A stretch of 60,432 nt of DNA, the filler included. It is 3 parts of 3 records of this genome, joined end to end, with 100 filler letters (N's around TTAATTAATTAA, not from the genome) between each part and the next. Parts side by side here need not be neighbours in the genome. Positions count along the whole stretch, not along the records: positions 38,197 to 60,432 come from DRR723986_31985; 2 more parts are not named here. One strand, given 5' to 3'. The notes beneath the pieces are model-generated. The model had not been told where the DNA came from. It did no database searches and saw only the letters and a list, made by a program, of their open reading frames with translations. The position numbers were made by a program, and so were the translations under genes. Positions 40,895-48,947 of the stretch are shown piece after piece; the first letter of the stretch is position 1; each line of letters begins with the position of its first letter.

Positions 40895-41411
40895 TTTGGA
40901 TAATAGCAACGAAACTCCAAATCTGGAAACTCAGGAATTCAGGAGGGTTTATAATAACCTGGATAAACTTATTTTGGTCTTATTGATCTTGGTTCTACCA
41001 CTTTTTGGGATGATCTATTTGTATCAGTCCAGCGGGGAAATCAAGTGGGATCTACCGGAGTTGCCTGCTTTTGTTGGTCAGGTATTGTCTGGATTAGGAG
41101 TTGGTCTTTTGCTGGCGCAATACTTACTTTTCCGCAAGAAAATTAAGGCAGTTTTTCACACTGACAAGCTGTTGATGAAATTGAAGATTTATGCAAGCGC
41201 CACCAGAGAGCGATATTTAATACTTTTTGTGATTGCGCTGATCTGCTCAGCTGGATTGCTTTTTTTCGGGTCGGCTATTTACAACGTGATTTTTGCCGTG
41301 GCGCTATTCTTTTTTTCTGTAGCCAAGCCAACTCCTGAGCGAATACAAAAATTGCTAAAGCTGAATAAAGAGGATGCCGAAGTGATCAGGTTGGCTTCGA
41401 GACCAGATTGA
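40869..41411 (+). CDS. Hypothetical 4-TM membrane protein (start uncertain, possibly TTG at 40887)
   Basis: Four hydrophobic segments and a C-terminal KPTPERI. Overlaps the upstream stop. Confidence 0.7.
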   Translation: MMSKSPLSNLDNSNETPNLETQEFRRVYNNLDKLILVLLILVLPLFGMIYLYQSSGEIKWDLPELPAFVGQVLSGLGVGLLLAQYLLFRKKIKAVFHTDKLLMKLKIYASATRERYLILFVIALICSAGLLFFGSAIYNVIFAVALFFFSVAKPTPERIQKLLKLNKEDAEVIRLASRPD

Positions 41412-41452
41412 GATTTTAGATGCAAGACGTTAGACGTTAGATTTAAGATTTT
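41411..41452 (+). repeat. Degenerate heptamer tandem repeat, 6 units
   Basis: AGATTTT AGATGCA AGACGTT AGACGTT AGATTTA AGATTTT. Confidence 0.8.
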
Positions 41453-41558
41453 ATAACCAAGAATATTCGATCTGAATGTTAGATTTCTACATTGATAATA
41501 ATGTTGATTATCTGTGTTCTCTGCGTAATCCTCTGCGATCCCCGCGGTTAGAAAATAC

Positions 41559-41590
41559 AAAAAAAGCCAACCCATGCGGATTGGCCTTTT
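41559..41590. terminator. Probable bidirectional terminator
   Basis: AAAAAAAGCCAACCC-ATGC-GGATTGGCCTTTT between convergent genes. Confidence 0.65.
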
Positions 41591-41610
41591 CGGATTATTA
41601 TAGCTAATGA

Positions 41611-42540
41611 TTAGTTTTCTATTGAGATATTTCCTGAAGAAATAGACCCTTTTACCCAAGCAGAGGCATCATTATCAATTTCCAGATTTTTACCTGTATT
41701 GATTCCGCCTACCCTAAGATTTCCGGAGGACGCTTTCAAAGAGAAATTGAAGTCCTTCAAATTCGAAGAAGTTTGAATTTTGAAATTCCCTGAGGTACCG
41801 TTGAAGTTGGTGTTTCCGCTAAGCCCAGCATTAGTCGCTCTGATATTGCCAGATGTGAATTTCATGGAACCCAACGATCCAATGTTACTCAACTTTGCAT
41901 TTCCTGAAGTAAGTGCAACACTTAATTCGCCTTTAATTCTATCTGCAGTCAATGAACCACTGGTTGATTTGTAGTCAACATTCCCACCCACATTGTTGAT
42001 GTCTGCATTTCCTGAAGTTACTCCAGCTTCTATATCTCCAGATACTTTGTCTATAAAAAGAGAGCCTGAACTGGCTTTGATGGTCAAATCGCCTGAGATG
42101 TTGGTGGCCGTGATTTTTCCTGATGAAACTCTCAGGTTGGTTTCATCACCTACTACTTTATCTACGGTCAAGGTTCCTGAGGAATTTTTCATGTCTAGGT
42201 CAATGTTCATTGGACCTGTGATTTTGATATAGCCCTTATTTCGATTGTTACCCCAGGAAGAATTGTTGGAACTTTGCTCGTAAGAGATCTTTAATACATC
42301 GCCGACTGTCACAAAAATGATGTCTTGATTTTCATTTGAAGATTCAAGAAATGCCTCCACATTCACATTAGAATCTGACCCACCTGAGAAGGTGACATCC
42401 AGCCAACCACCGCTAACTTCGATAGCCTTGATGTTGGAATAGTTTTTATTGGCGTCAACCAATACTTTTTGTGCAAAGCTGACCACTGAGATCAGTATCA
42501 TGGCTAAGGCCAAGCTCGAAAATTTGAATAGTCTGTTCAT
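41611..42540 (-). CDS. DUF4097-like beta-strand repeat exported protein
   Basis: Signal peptide and repeated (S/T)SG-x-(L/I/A) beta-helix units. Confidence 0.82.
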   Translation of the reverse strand: MNRLFKFSSLALAMILISVVSFAQKVLVDANKNYSNIKAIEVSGGWLDVTFSGGSDSNVNVEAFLESSNENQDIIFVTVGDVLKISYEQSSNNSSWGNNRNKGYIKITGPMNIDLDMKNSSGTLTVDKVVGDETNLRVSSGKITATNISGDLTIKASSGSLFIDKVSGDIEAGVTSGNADINNVGGNVDYKSTSGSLTADRIKGELSVALTSGNAKLSNIGSLGSMKFTSGNIRATNAGLSGNTNFNGTSGNFKIQTSSNLKDFNFSLKASSGNLRVGGINTGKNLEIDNDASAWVKGSISSGNISIEN

Positions 42541-42552
42541 AGTTCTGTTTGT

Positions 42553-43353
42553 TTATCTGATAGTAACTCCGAAGCTGATTGCCTGTACCTCGGGGCCTAA
42601 GTTTTCTTGGAAAAGATTGTTTAAATCATAATTAAAGAATAAGGTGACGTCACTGACTCCTATCTCTGCACGTGCTCCGTAGCGGAAGTTTTCCACGTAC
42701 ATGTTAGACTTCTCAAATTGCTTTTGCTTCTTGCCGTTTTCATCGTCATAGACATATTTTCCTCTACCTCCGATTCTCACGCCTGCGTATCCTCCGACTC
42801 CAAGACGGAGTTTTTGATTATTGGTAAGAATCGTAGGAACTAAAGTAAAGTTGAGGTAGGAAGCTGAGATTTTTGATTTGGTGCCTGTGCCAGGTCCTGC
42901 AAACTCTTCCCAAACGATTCCATCTGGAGTTTTTACGGCAATTAGACTTCTGTCTTCTAATTTGAAATTATACCAGTTTACCCCAATAGAAGAGTACAAA
43001 TGGAAGTTTTTAGAGATTTTGGTAGTTCCCATCAAATTGATAGCGTAGTACCAGGAACCCCAAGGCTTTACAGTAGGCATTCTGTCAGTAGGAGTCACCT
43101 GATTGATTCCCAACTCTGTGTCTATTCCGGCAGTGAATCGACGATTTTGTTTAAGATCTTTGATTTTCACTTCATCTGATTCTTCAATATCCAGAATCCA
43201 TTTTCCGTCTTCTTTTTGTTGGTACGACCAAGTATTCCCAAAGACCTTTATTACTTTACTTTTCGTGTAAATCACCGTGTCTGGTTTGTCCTGAGCAAAG
43301 GCCTGGCTAAGTGATAGGACAAGAAATAATAGTGGTAGTAGTGTAGTTTTCAT
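42553..43353 (-). CDS. Outer-membrane beta-barrel protein (PorT/OMP_b-brl-like), paralog 2
   Basis: Signal peptide. WYNFKLE, KSKISASYL, NFRYG, YDLNNLF. Confidence 0.75.
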   Translation of the reverse strand: MKTTLLPLLFLVLSLSQAFAQDKPDTVIYTKSKVIKVFGNTWSYQQKEDGKWILDIEESDEVKIKDLKQNRRFTAGIDTELGINQVTPTDRMPTVKPWGSWYYAINLMGTTKISKNFHLYSSIGVNWYNFKLEDRSLIAVKTPDGIVWEEFAGPGTGTKSKISASYLNFTLVPTILTNNQKLRLGVGGYAGVRIGGRGKYVYDDENGKKQKQFEKSNMYVENFRYGARAEIGVSDVTLFFNYDLNNLFQENLGPEVQAISFGVTIR

Positions 43354-43389
43354 TATTTAAAAGGTTTGACTAAAAATTCGTTTTTAATA

Positions 43390-43453
43390 GTCAGGCTGAG
43401 CGAAGTCGAAGCCTATTCCGACCCGGATAGCTTGCTAGGTCGCTCAGTCTGAC
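43390..43453. repeat. Palindromic REP-like intergenic element
   Basis: GTCAGGCTGAGCGA ... TCGCTCAGTCTGAC (14-bp inverted repeat, 1 mismatch) enclosing AGTCGAAGCC and an inner CTATTCCG-ACC-CGGATAG hairpin. Confidence 0.75.
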
Positions 43454-43476
43454 TCAAGTAGTGAAGATGAGATCGC

Positions 43477-44508
43477 TTAAAATACTATCCCAAAAGTGAT
43501 TGGGTTAAGAGCAGGTCCTTTGTCTTCCTGGAATAATTCATTCAGGTCGTAAGTGGTAAAGAATTTAACTCTTCCGATGCCAAGTTCTCCACGGATACCG
43601 TATCTGAAATTCTGAAGGTAAAGACCAGTGTCTTGCTTGTCTTTCTTACGTCCAGATCCGCCTAATTCACGATAGACATATTTGGATTGTCCGCCTAGCC
43701 TATAGCCAACATAAGGTCCTGCGGCAATTCTTACTCCACGGCGACCATTGTCATTCATTTTGCCAAAATCCAATTCCAACATCGTCATTGCGGTCAAATA
43801 AGAAGCAGATATCTTGCTTTTGAATCCGTCCACATCTGTTCTCTGGAGGAAATCAATAGAATCGTCACCTCTTACCGCTTGGAAATCTCGGTTTTCAAAC
43901 TTGAAGTTGTAGAACTGGAATCCAAGTCCAAAGTCCCAATAGAAGCCTTTGGAAATTCGTTGCGCAGCCATCCAGTTGATTCCTACATTCCAGCTTCCCC
44001 AGCCTTTTACAGCGTATGGATTATCAGAGGTTGGGAATTTCCCATCTTCCAGGTAGTTATTTACTCCCAGATCCAGATTGAAATAGGTTCTGAAAGGAGG
44101 GTCGCTTTTCCTTTTTAAGCCTGGCTCAAATCGGACTTTTGTGTTTTCACCGGTTTCATCTACCAGCAGACGCATATTGCCGATGTAAACTTCGGTCTCC
44201 GCTCCATCTTCTGTCACTTTAACCACTTGCTTGGATGAGCCATCTTTTTTCTTGATTTCAACGATGGTTGTTTCTCCGGTTTCTTCATTCTCTTCCAGAT
44301 CCAGCTCACGGATGATCTGATTGATGTTCATCAGTTTTAGCTTTTCAAAATCCTCTTTGCTGTTTACGATGATTACTATTCTTCCGGCTTTACCGAATTC
44401 CACCACTACACTGTCACTTAGAACGCCGTGGTCTACCGATGGCATGGTTCCCGCAAATCCCATTTGCACGATGGCCATCAAACAAAATAATAGAAGGTAT
44501 TTTTTCAT
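43477..44508 (-). CDS. Outer-membrane beta-barrel protein with N-terminal extension, paralog 1
   Basis: Signal peptide. FYNFKFE, KSKISASYL, NFRYG, YDLNELF, C-terminal F. Confidence 0.75.
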   Translation of the reverse strand: MKKYLLLFCLMAIVQMGFAGTMPSVDHGVLSDSVVVEFGKAGRIVIIVNSKEDFEKLKLMNINQIIRELDLEENEETGETTIVEIKKKDGSSKQVVKVTEDGAETEVYIGNMRLLVDETGENTKVRFEPGLKRKSDPPFRTYFNLDLGVNNYLEDGKFPTSDNPYAVKGWGSWNVGINWMAAQRISKGFYWDFGLGFQFYNFKFENRDFQAVRGDDSIDFLQRTDVDGFKSKISASYLTAMTMLELDFGKMNDNGRRGVRIAAGPYVGYRLGGQSKYVYRELGGSGRKKDKQDTGLYLQNFRYGIRGELGIGRVKFFTTYDLNELFQEDKGPALNPITFGIVF

Positions 44509-44627
44509 TGGTATTTAGAGTTTTCTATCAAATGGCATCCTGCATTTCGGGCAAAAAAGGTCTCCGATTGATGCATGGGGCATGCCCAATTTAATGTTGA
44601 GTTTCAAATTTTATGAGTTGGTGAAGT

Positions 44628-45425
44628 TTACTTTTCTGCTTTTGATTTTCGGGTGGTGATTGAAGCGAAGAGATTGTTTTTTGCATCCTGCAGGTCTGCA
44701 AACCCTTGATCTACTTTGCCCAATAAGTCCTCTACTTCGTTGACAGTTTTGCCAATTTCGGCGATTAGGTTTTTATCTTTTGGTTCTTCTTTGAGCCCAC
44801 TGGAGTAGATTTTAACCCGGTACGTTGGTTCAGCTTCTACTGACTCTGCTGCTTGTGCTACAGCTTGTTCCAAGTTCAAAGGAGGTAGTTCCGCTTCTTT
44901 GAAATCAGGTGTTTCCACCTCGATTTTGGGAGCTTCCGTTTTTATTGGCTTTGGTTCCTCTTTTACCTCGTTCATCGCGACTAGATTTTGAGGAGTTGTA
45001 TTCTGAGGTTTTTGTGTGTTAGAAGAAGTATCAGCAGGCTTGGCTTTAGATTTTGTGGTAGTAGTAGTTGGTTTAGTATTCAATTCCTCAGCAGCCTGCT
45101 GATTTTCAATTTCGTTTTGCGTTTTCTCTGTTTCTTCAGGTGTTATGACTTCTGGTTGAGTTGGAGTATCAATTACTTCTTCAGTGGTATTGTCAGCAAG
45201 CATTGGCTTTTCTACGGTCACATCTCCTTCCCTCAAGACAAAGTATCCAACCGTGAAAAGGATAGTAATAGAGGCAGCCGCTGCCCACCAAATCCCCTTG
45301 TAGGATTTAGTTTGCTGAGGAAGCTGAGATTCCAGCCTTTCCCAGGCAAGCTTGCTTGGTCTTTCGGTATGGTTTTCTAGTTTTTCTTTGAAAAACTGAT
45401 CGAGATTATTTTTTTCCTTAGCCAT
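44628..45425 (-). CDS. Putative membrane anti-sigma factor
   Basis: LDQFFKEKLENHTERPSKLAWERLE cytoplasmic domain, WWAAAASI TM helix, P/T/E/K-rich linker. Start overlaps the sigma-factor stop. Confidence 0.7.
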   Translation of the reverse strand: MAKEKNNLDQFFKEKLENHTERPSKLAWERLESQLPQQTKSYKGIWWAAAASITILFTVGYFVLREGDVTVEKPMLADNTTEEVIDTPTQPEVITPEETEKTQNEIENQQAAEELNTKPTTTTTKSKAKPADTSSNTQKPQNTTPQNLVAMNEVKEEPKPIKTEAPKIEVETPDFKEAELPPLNLEQAVAQAAESVEAEPTYRVKIYSSGLKEEPKDKNLIAEIGKTVNEVEDLLGKVDQGFADLQDAKNNLFASITTRKSKAEK

Positions 45426-45987
45426 TGATTCTCCTTTCTTTTGGTGTTTGACTGGCAATTTTTTCCTTCAAAGTATTCCTTGCCCGATTGAGCTGGGACT
45501 TTGAAGTGCTTTCTGTGATTCCCAGGAGATCTCCAATTTCCTGGTGCGAGAAACCTTCGATTGCGTAGAGGTTAAATACTGTCCGATATCCTACCGGAAG
45601 GCTTTCCACCATTCTCATCAAATCTTCAGTTTCCATATGGTTGAGCTCGTAGTTGTGATCCTGATATTCAGTTTCATTTTCCATGTTGATCTCCATCATT
45701 AGATGACGATGACTTCTCAAAGTCATGAGAGCTTGGGTGACAATGATTCTCTTCATCCAACCTTCGAAACTCCCCTTGGATTGAAACTGAGGGAGTTTTT
45801 CAAAGATTTTCATAAAGCCTTCGATCATCACATCTTCGGCATGTTCCCGATCTTTTAGATATCGGATGCAGATGGCCAAGAATTTTCCCGAATACTGATC
45901 ATACAGGTGGCGCTGCGCCATTCTATCTCCTTTGAGACATCCTTGTAGTAAATCTGATTCGTTTGAAAAATTGACTCTGCTGAACAT
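45418..45987 (-). CDS. ECF RNA polymerase sigma-70 factor
   Basis: AEDVMIEGFMKIF, SFEGWMKRI (region 2). LPVGYRTVFNLYAIEGFSHQEIG...TSKSQLNRAR (region 4). Confidence 0.95.
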   Translation of the reverse strand: MFSRVNFSNESDLLQGCLKGDRMAQRHLYDQYSGKFLAICIRYLKDREHAEDVMIEGFMKIFEKLPQFQSKGSFEGWMKRIIVTQALMTLRSHRHLMMEINMENETEYQDHNYELNHMETEDLMRMVESLPVGYRTVFNLYAIEGFSHQEIGDLLGITESTSKSQLNRARNTLKEKIASQTPKERRING

Positions 45988-46008
45988 TTGAATTAGCTTT
46001 CAATTAGG

Positions 46009-46036
46009 TAGATGCCCGTATTGAAAAAATGGTTGC
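46009..46036 (-). promoter_or_regulatory. Putative autoregulatory ECF promoter
   Basis: Minus strand GCAACC-N16-CATCTA about 20 nt upstream of the sigma ATG. Fits the ECF AAC(-35)/C(G/A)TC(-10) pattern. Confidence 0.65.
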
Positions 46037-46312
46037 GTGGGTAAGTGAAAAAAAGTTAATTATTTTTATTTAACGAATTGACTAAAGATAGGTGTAATCT
46101 TAATCTCCTTAAAATTAGTGTTTTACGTGGGGTTTTCTGATCACGTTTTTTGTGACTTTATATTGTATCGAAAGTAAGAATTAAAAAAACTAAGCCTTTA
46201 CAAAATGAGTAAGGAAATTACAATTTACTTTAAACCTATGGCTGGCTTCCTGCTACTTACAAAATAATTGAATCATCTTATTGAGAAATTGCGAAACTGA
46301 CGACTAATAAAA

Positions 46313-46347
46313 CAGCCCCAACTTGACTAAATGCCATGTTGGGGCTG
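46313..46347. terminator. Stem-loop terminator
   Basis: CAGCCCCAAC...GTTGGGGCTG 10-bp stem, preceded by an A tract (T tract on the minus strand). Confidence 0.75.
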
Positions 46348-46373
46348 ATAATAGACTTTTATAAGACAAGTTC

Positions 46374-46883
46374 TTATTTCTGATACGCTCCAGATGAGTA
46401 GGTCAATTCGTAGCTATGCGTATATATCTCGAATACTATTCCAAATGGATCTTCTACGTAGACCATTTTAAAAGGCTTTTCCTCAGGATAATACTCACGA
46501 ATAGGCATTCTTTGCTTGCCTCCATGCGCTACGATTTTATTGGTAAGCGCTTCAATCTCCGGATCCTGGATACAAAAATGAAATAGTCCTGTATTAAAAG
46601 GATTGAAAGCAGGAGCCTTTTTCACACCATGAGGAAAGGAAAATAACTCTATACCTACTCCATCAGAAGTGGACATATGTGCGATTTCAAATTCCTCCCA
46701 ATCATCTCCGAATACGTCTATACACATTTGGCCAATAGCTGTTTCTTTTTCTTTCTTTACTTTGGAAGGAGCCATGATCACATACCAGCCCATGACGTCA
46801 CGATAAAAATCTACGCCCTTTTGAATATCCGGAACGGTGATTCCTATATGAGAAAATGATTTAGGATAAGTAGTTTTTTCCAT
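46374..46883 (-). CDS. VOC/glyoxalase family protein
   Basis: FSHIGITVPD, GIELF, FHFC, YVEDPFGIVFEI. Confidence 0.9.
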   Translation of the reverse strand: MEKTTYPKSFSHIGITVPDIQKGVDFYRDVMGWYVIMAPSKVKKEKETAIGQMCIDVFGDDWEEFEIAHMSTSDGVGIELFSFPHGVKKAPAFNPFNTGLFHFCIQDPEIEALTNKIVAHGGKQRMPIREYYPEEKPFKMVYVEDPFGIVFEIYTHSYELTYSSGAYQK

Positions 46884-46971
46884 AATTGCTTAATGATAAA
46901 TAATGGGTGGAGAACTATGCATCTTGGCAAAGAGTTCAGAAAATGCTCCAAGGCCTAAAAAGCTTAAGCTA

Positions 46972-47439
46972 TTAGTACGCTGCTTTATAATTCACCACAA
47001 TATCCAACAATGTCCATTCATTTTCTTTCACGGTCACCGGCTGGACATTTCCATCTCCATCAAATATGCTTGCGAAAAGCCCCTCTTCTTCTACTGTAAG
47101 TATGGAATATCGTCCTGGGCTCAAGTTGATGGAATATTTACCGTTTTCATCAGTTTCGAATTCGGTAATGGGTTTGGCAGCCACCGACTGGAACAAACTA
47201 TTTTCCAAGGTCACATCAGAGATTTTAATTAATGGATAAACCCGTACTGTTCTTTTTACAGGGTTTCCTGTATTGGTATCCTTCGCTTTCTTTTCTTCCT
47301 CCAACACCATAGGCATTTGATTGCCTTCAAGCCAAGTTACCTGACCTACCACACCCTGACCTTCGGGTTGATAGGGTGCACATTGGAAAAGGATAGATGT
47401 AAATGCAAATGCGATCAGAATTCTAAGTAGTTGGTTCAT
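46972..47439 (-). CDS. Lipoprotein with carboxypeptidase-regulatory-like domain
   Basis: Lipobox LFQC. GNQMP, TDENGKYSINLSPGRYS. Confidence 0.7.
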   Translation of the reverse strand: MNQLLRILIAFAFTSILFQCAPYQPEGQGVVGQVTWLEGNQMPMVLEEEKKAKDTNTGNPVKRTVRVYPLIKISDVTLENSLFQSVAAKPITEFETDENGKYSINLSPGRYSILTVEEEGLFASIFDGDGNVQPVTVKENEWTLLDIVVNYKAAY

Positions 47440-47484
47440 GAGTAGATGGAATTATAAATTCAAGCGGAGTAAATCTCCTGTTTT

Positions 47485-48885
47485 TTATATTTCCTCAAAC
47501 AGCATAAATGATTCCAAATAATTTGGGATGATGGTATTCCAGCCTAGTTCATCTTTAAGTTTATGCGCTAGCACACCTGCGCTACGCTCTTCACCATGAA
47601 CGATAAATGCAAGTTTTGGCTTTTCACCGAATCCCTCAGCCCATTCCATCAACTCATTTTGATCGGCATGTGCAGAAAGTCCTTCCACGCTATAGATTTT
47701 GGCTTTTACAGGGACTTCTTGTCCATATATTCTTACCTCTGGCTCTCCATCCACCAAACGCCTTCCGCGAGTTCCTTCTGCCTGATATCCTACGAAGACC
47801 ACGCCGTTTCTTTCATTTGGCAAGTGATGAAATAAATGATGAAGGACACGGCCTCCTGTAGCCATGCCGCTTGCGGAGATAATGATAGCCTTTCCTTTCA
47901 GGTCATTGAGCGTGCGTGACTGCTCTTGTTTTCTGAAATAATGCAACTGAGAATGCTGGAATGGATGCTGAGCTTGATCGTCTAAAACTGCTATAAGCTG
48001 GTGGTCTTGGTGGAAATCTTTATAAAGGGTAGATACATTGATGGCCATGGGTGAATCCAGATATATAGGCACATTTGGGATTTTTCCTTTTTTCACCAAC
48101 TGATATAAATAATACATAACCAACTGGGTACGGCCTACCGCAAATGCTGGGATAATCACCAAACCATCTCGATCAAACACATCATTGATAGCGCTAGCGA
48201 GCTCTTCCTCAGGTTTTACGGGAGTAGAAACACGGTCCCCATAAGTGGATTCTATCCATACTATATCTGCTTCAGGAATCAGGGTAGGAGGGTAGAGTAT
48301 AGGATCATGATATCTTCCTAGATCTCCTGAGAAAACCAATTTTTTTGTTTGGGAATCGCCTTTGATCACAACCTTGACTATAGCTGCTCCCAAAATGTGC
48401 CCTGCGTGATAGTAAGTCACTTCCACTGAAGGATGAATAGAGAAAGGTTTTTTGAAATTCTGAGGGACCAACAAGGGAAATACAGCTTCTGCATCTTCTA
48501 CTGTATAGAGGGGCTCTGGATTCTCATGACTGGAATAACCCTTCTTTTTGGCATATTCTGCTTCTTCTTCCTGTAGCTTACCAGAGTCAAGGAGTAGGAT
48601 TTTGGCTAGCTCAGCAGTCGCGGCAGTGCAATAAATTGGTCCTCTAAAACCATCTTTCACCAATTTTGGTAGGCAACCGATATGATCCATGTGTGCATGA
48701 GTAAGCACAATCGCTTCCATATCAGTAGGTGGCATTGGGAATTTGTCCCAATTTCTCCGCCGCAGTTCCCTTCTTCCCTGAAAAAGCCCACAATCGACAA
48801 GAAATTCAAAATCTCCAAGATCCAATAAATAGCGGGAACCAGTGACTGTACCTGCTGCACCTAAAAATTTTACGCTTACATCCAT
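47485..48885 (-). CDS. MBL-fold beta-CASP ribonuclease
   Basis: GAAGTVTGS, DCGLFQG, THAHMDHIG, AGHILG, SGDLG, ESTYG, PAFAVGR, SAHAD, VHGE. Confidence 0.93.
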   Translation of the reverse strand: MDVSVKFLGAAGTVTGSRYLLDLGDFEFLVDCGLFQGRRELRRRNWDKFPMPPTDMEAIVLTHAHMDHIGCLPKLVKDGFRGPIYCTAATAELAKILLLDSGKLQEEEAEYAKKKGYSSHENPEPLYTVEDAEAVFPLLVPQNFKKPFSIHPSVEVTYYHAGHILGAAIVKVVIKGDSQTKKLVFSGDLGRYHDPILYPPTLIPEADIVWIESTYGDRVSTPVKPEEELASAINDVFDRDGLVIIPAFAVGRTQLVMYYLYQLVKKGKIPNVPIYLDSPMAINVSTLYKDFHQDHQLIAVLDDQAQHPFQHSQLHYFRKQEQSRTLNDLKGKAIIISASGMATGGRVLHHLFHHLPNERNGVVFVGYQAEGTRGRRLVDGEPEVRIYGQEVPVKAKIYSVEGLSAHADQNELMEWAEGFGEKPKLAFIVHGEERSAGVLAHKLKDELGWNTIIPNYLESFMLFEEI

Positions 48886-48913
48886 ATTCTTTTGGGTTTA
48901 ACCCAAAAGATAC

Positions 48914-48943
48914 AAAAAAAGAGGCACCCATTTGGGTGCCTTT
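48914..48943 (-). terminator. Intrinsic terminator of the padR-pspC unit
   Basis: AAAAAAAG-AGGCACCCA-TT-TGGGTGCCTTT. Confidence 0.8.
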
Positions 48944-48947
48944 AATA

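Noticed and set aside
47485-48885. beta-CASP nuclease as a defence gene
   Set aside because: It is a typical housekeeping-type MBL RNase with composition like its contig and no defence neighbours.
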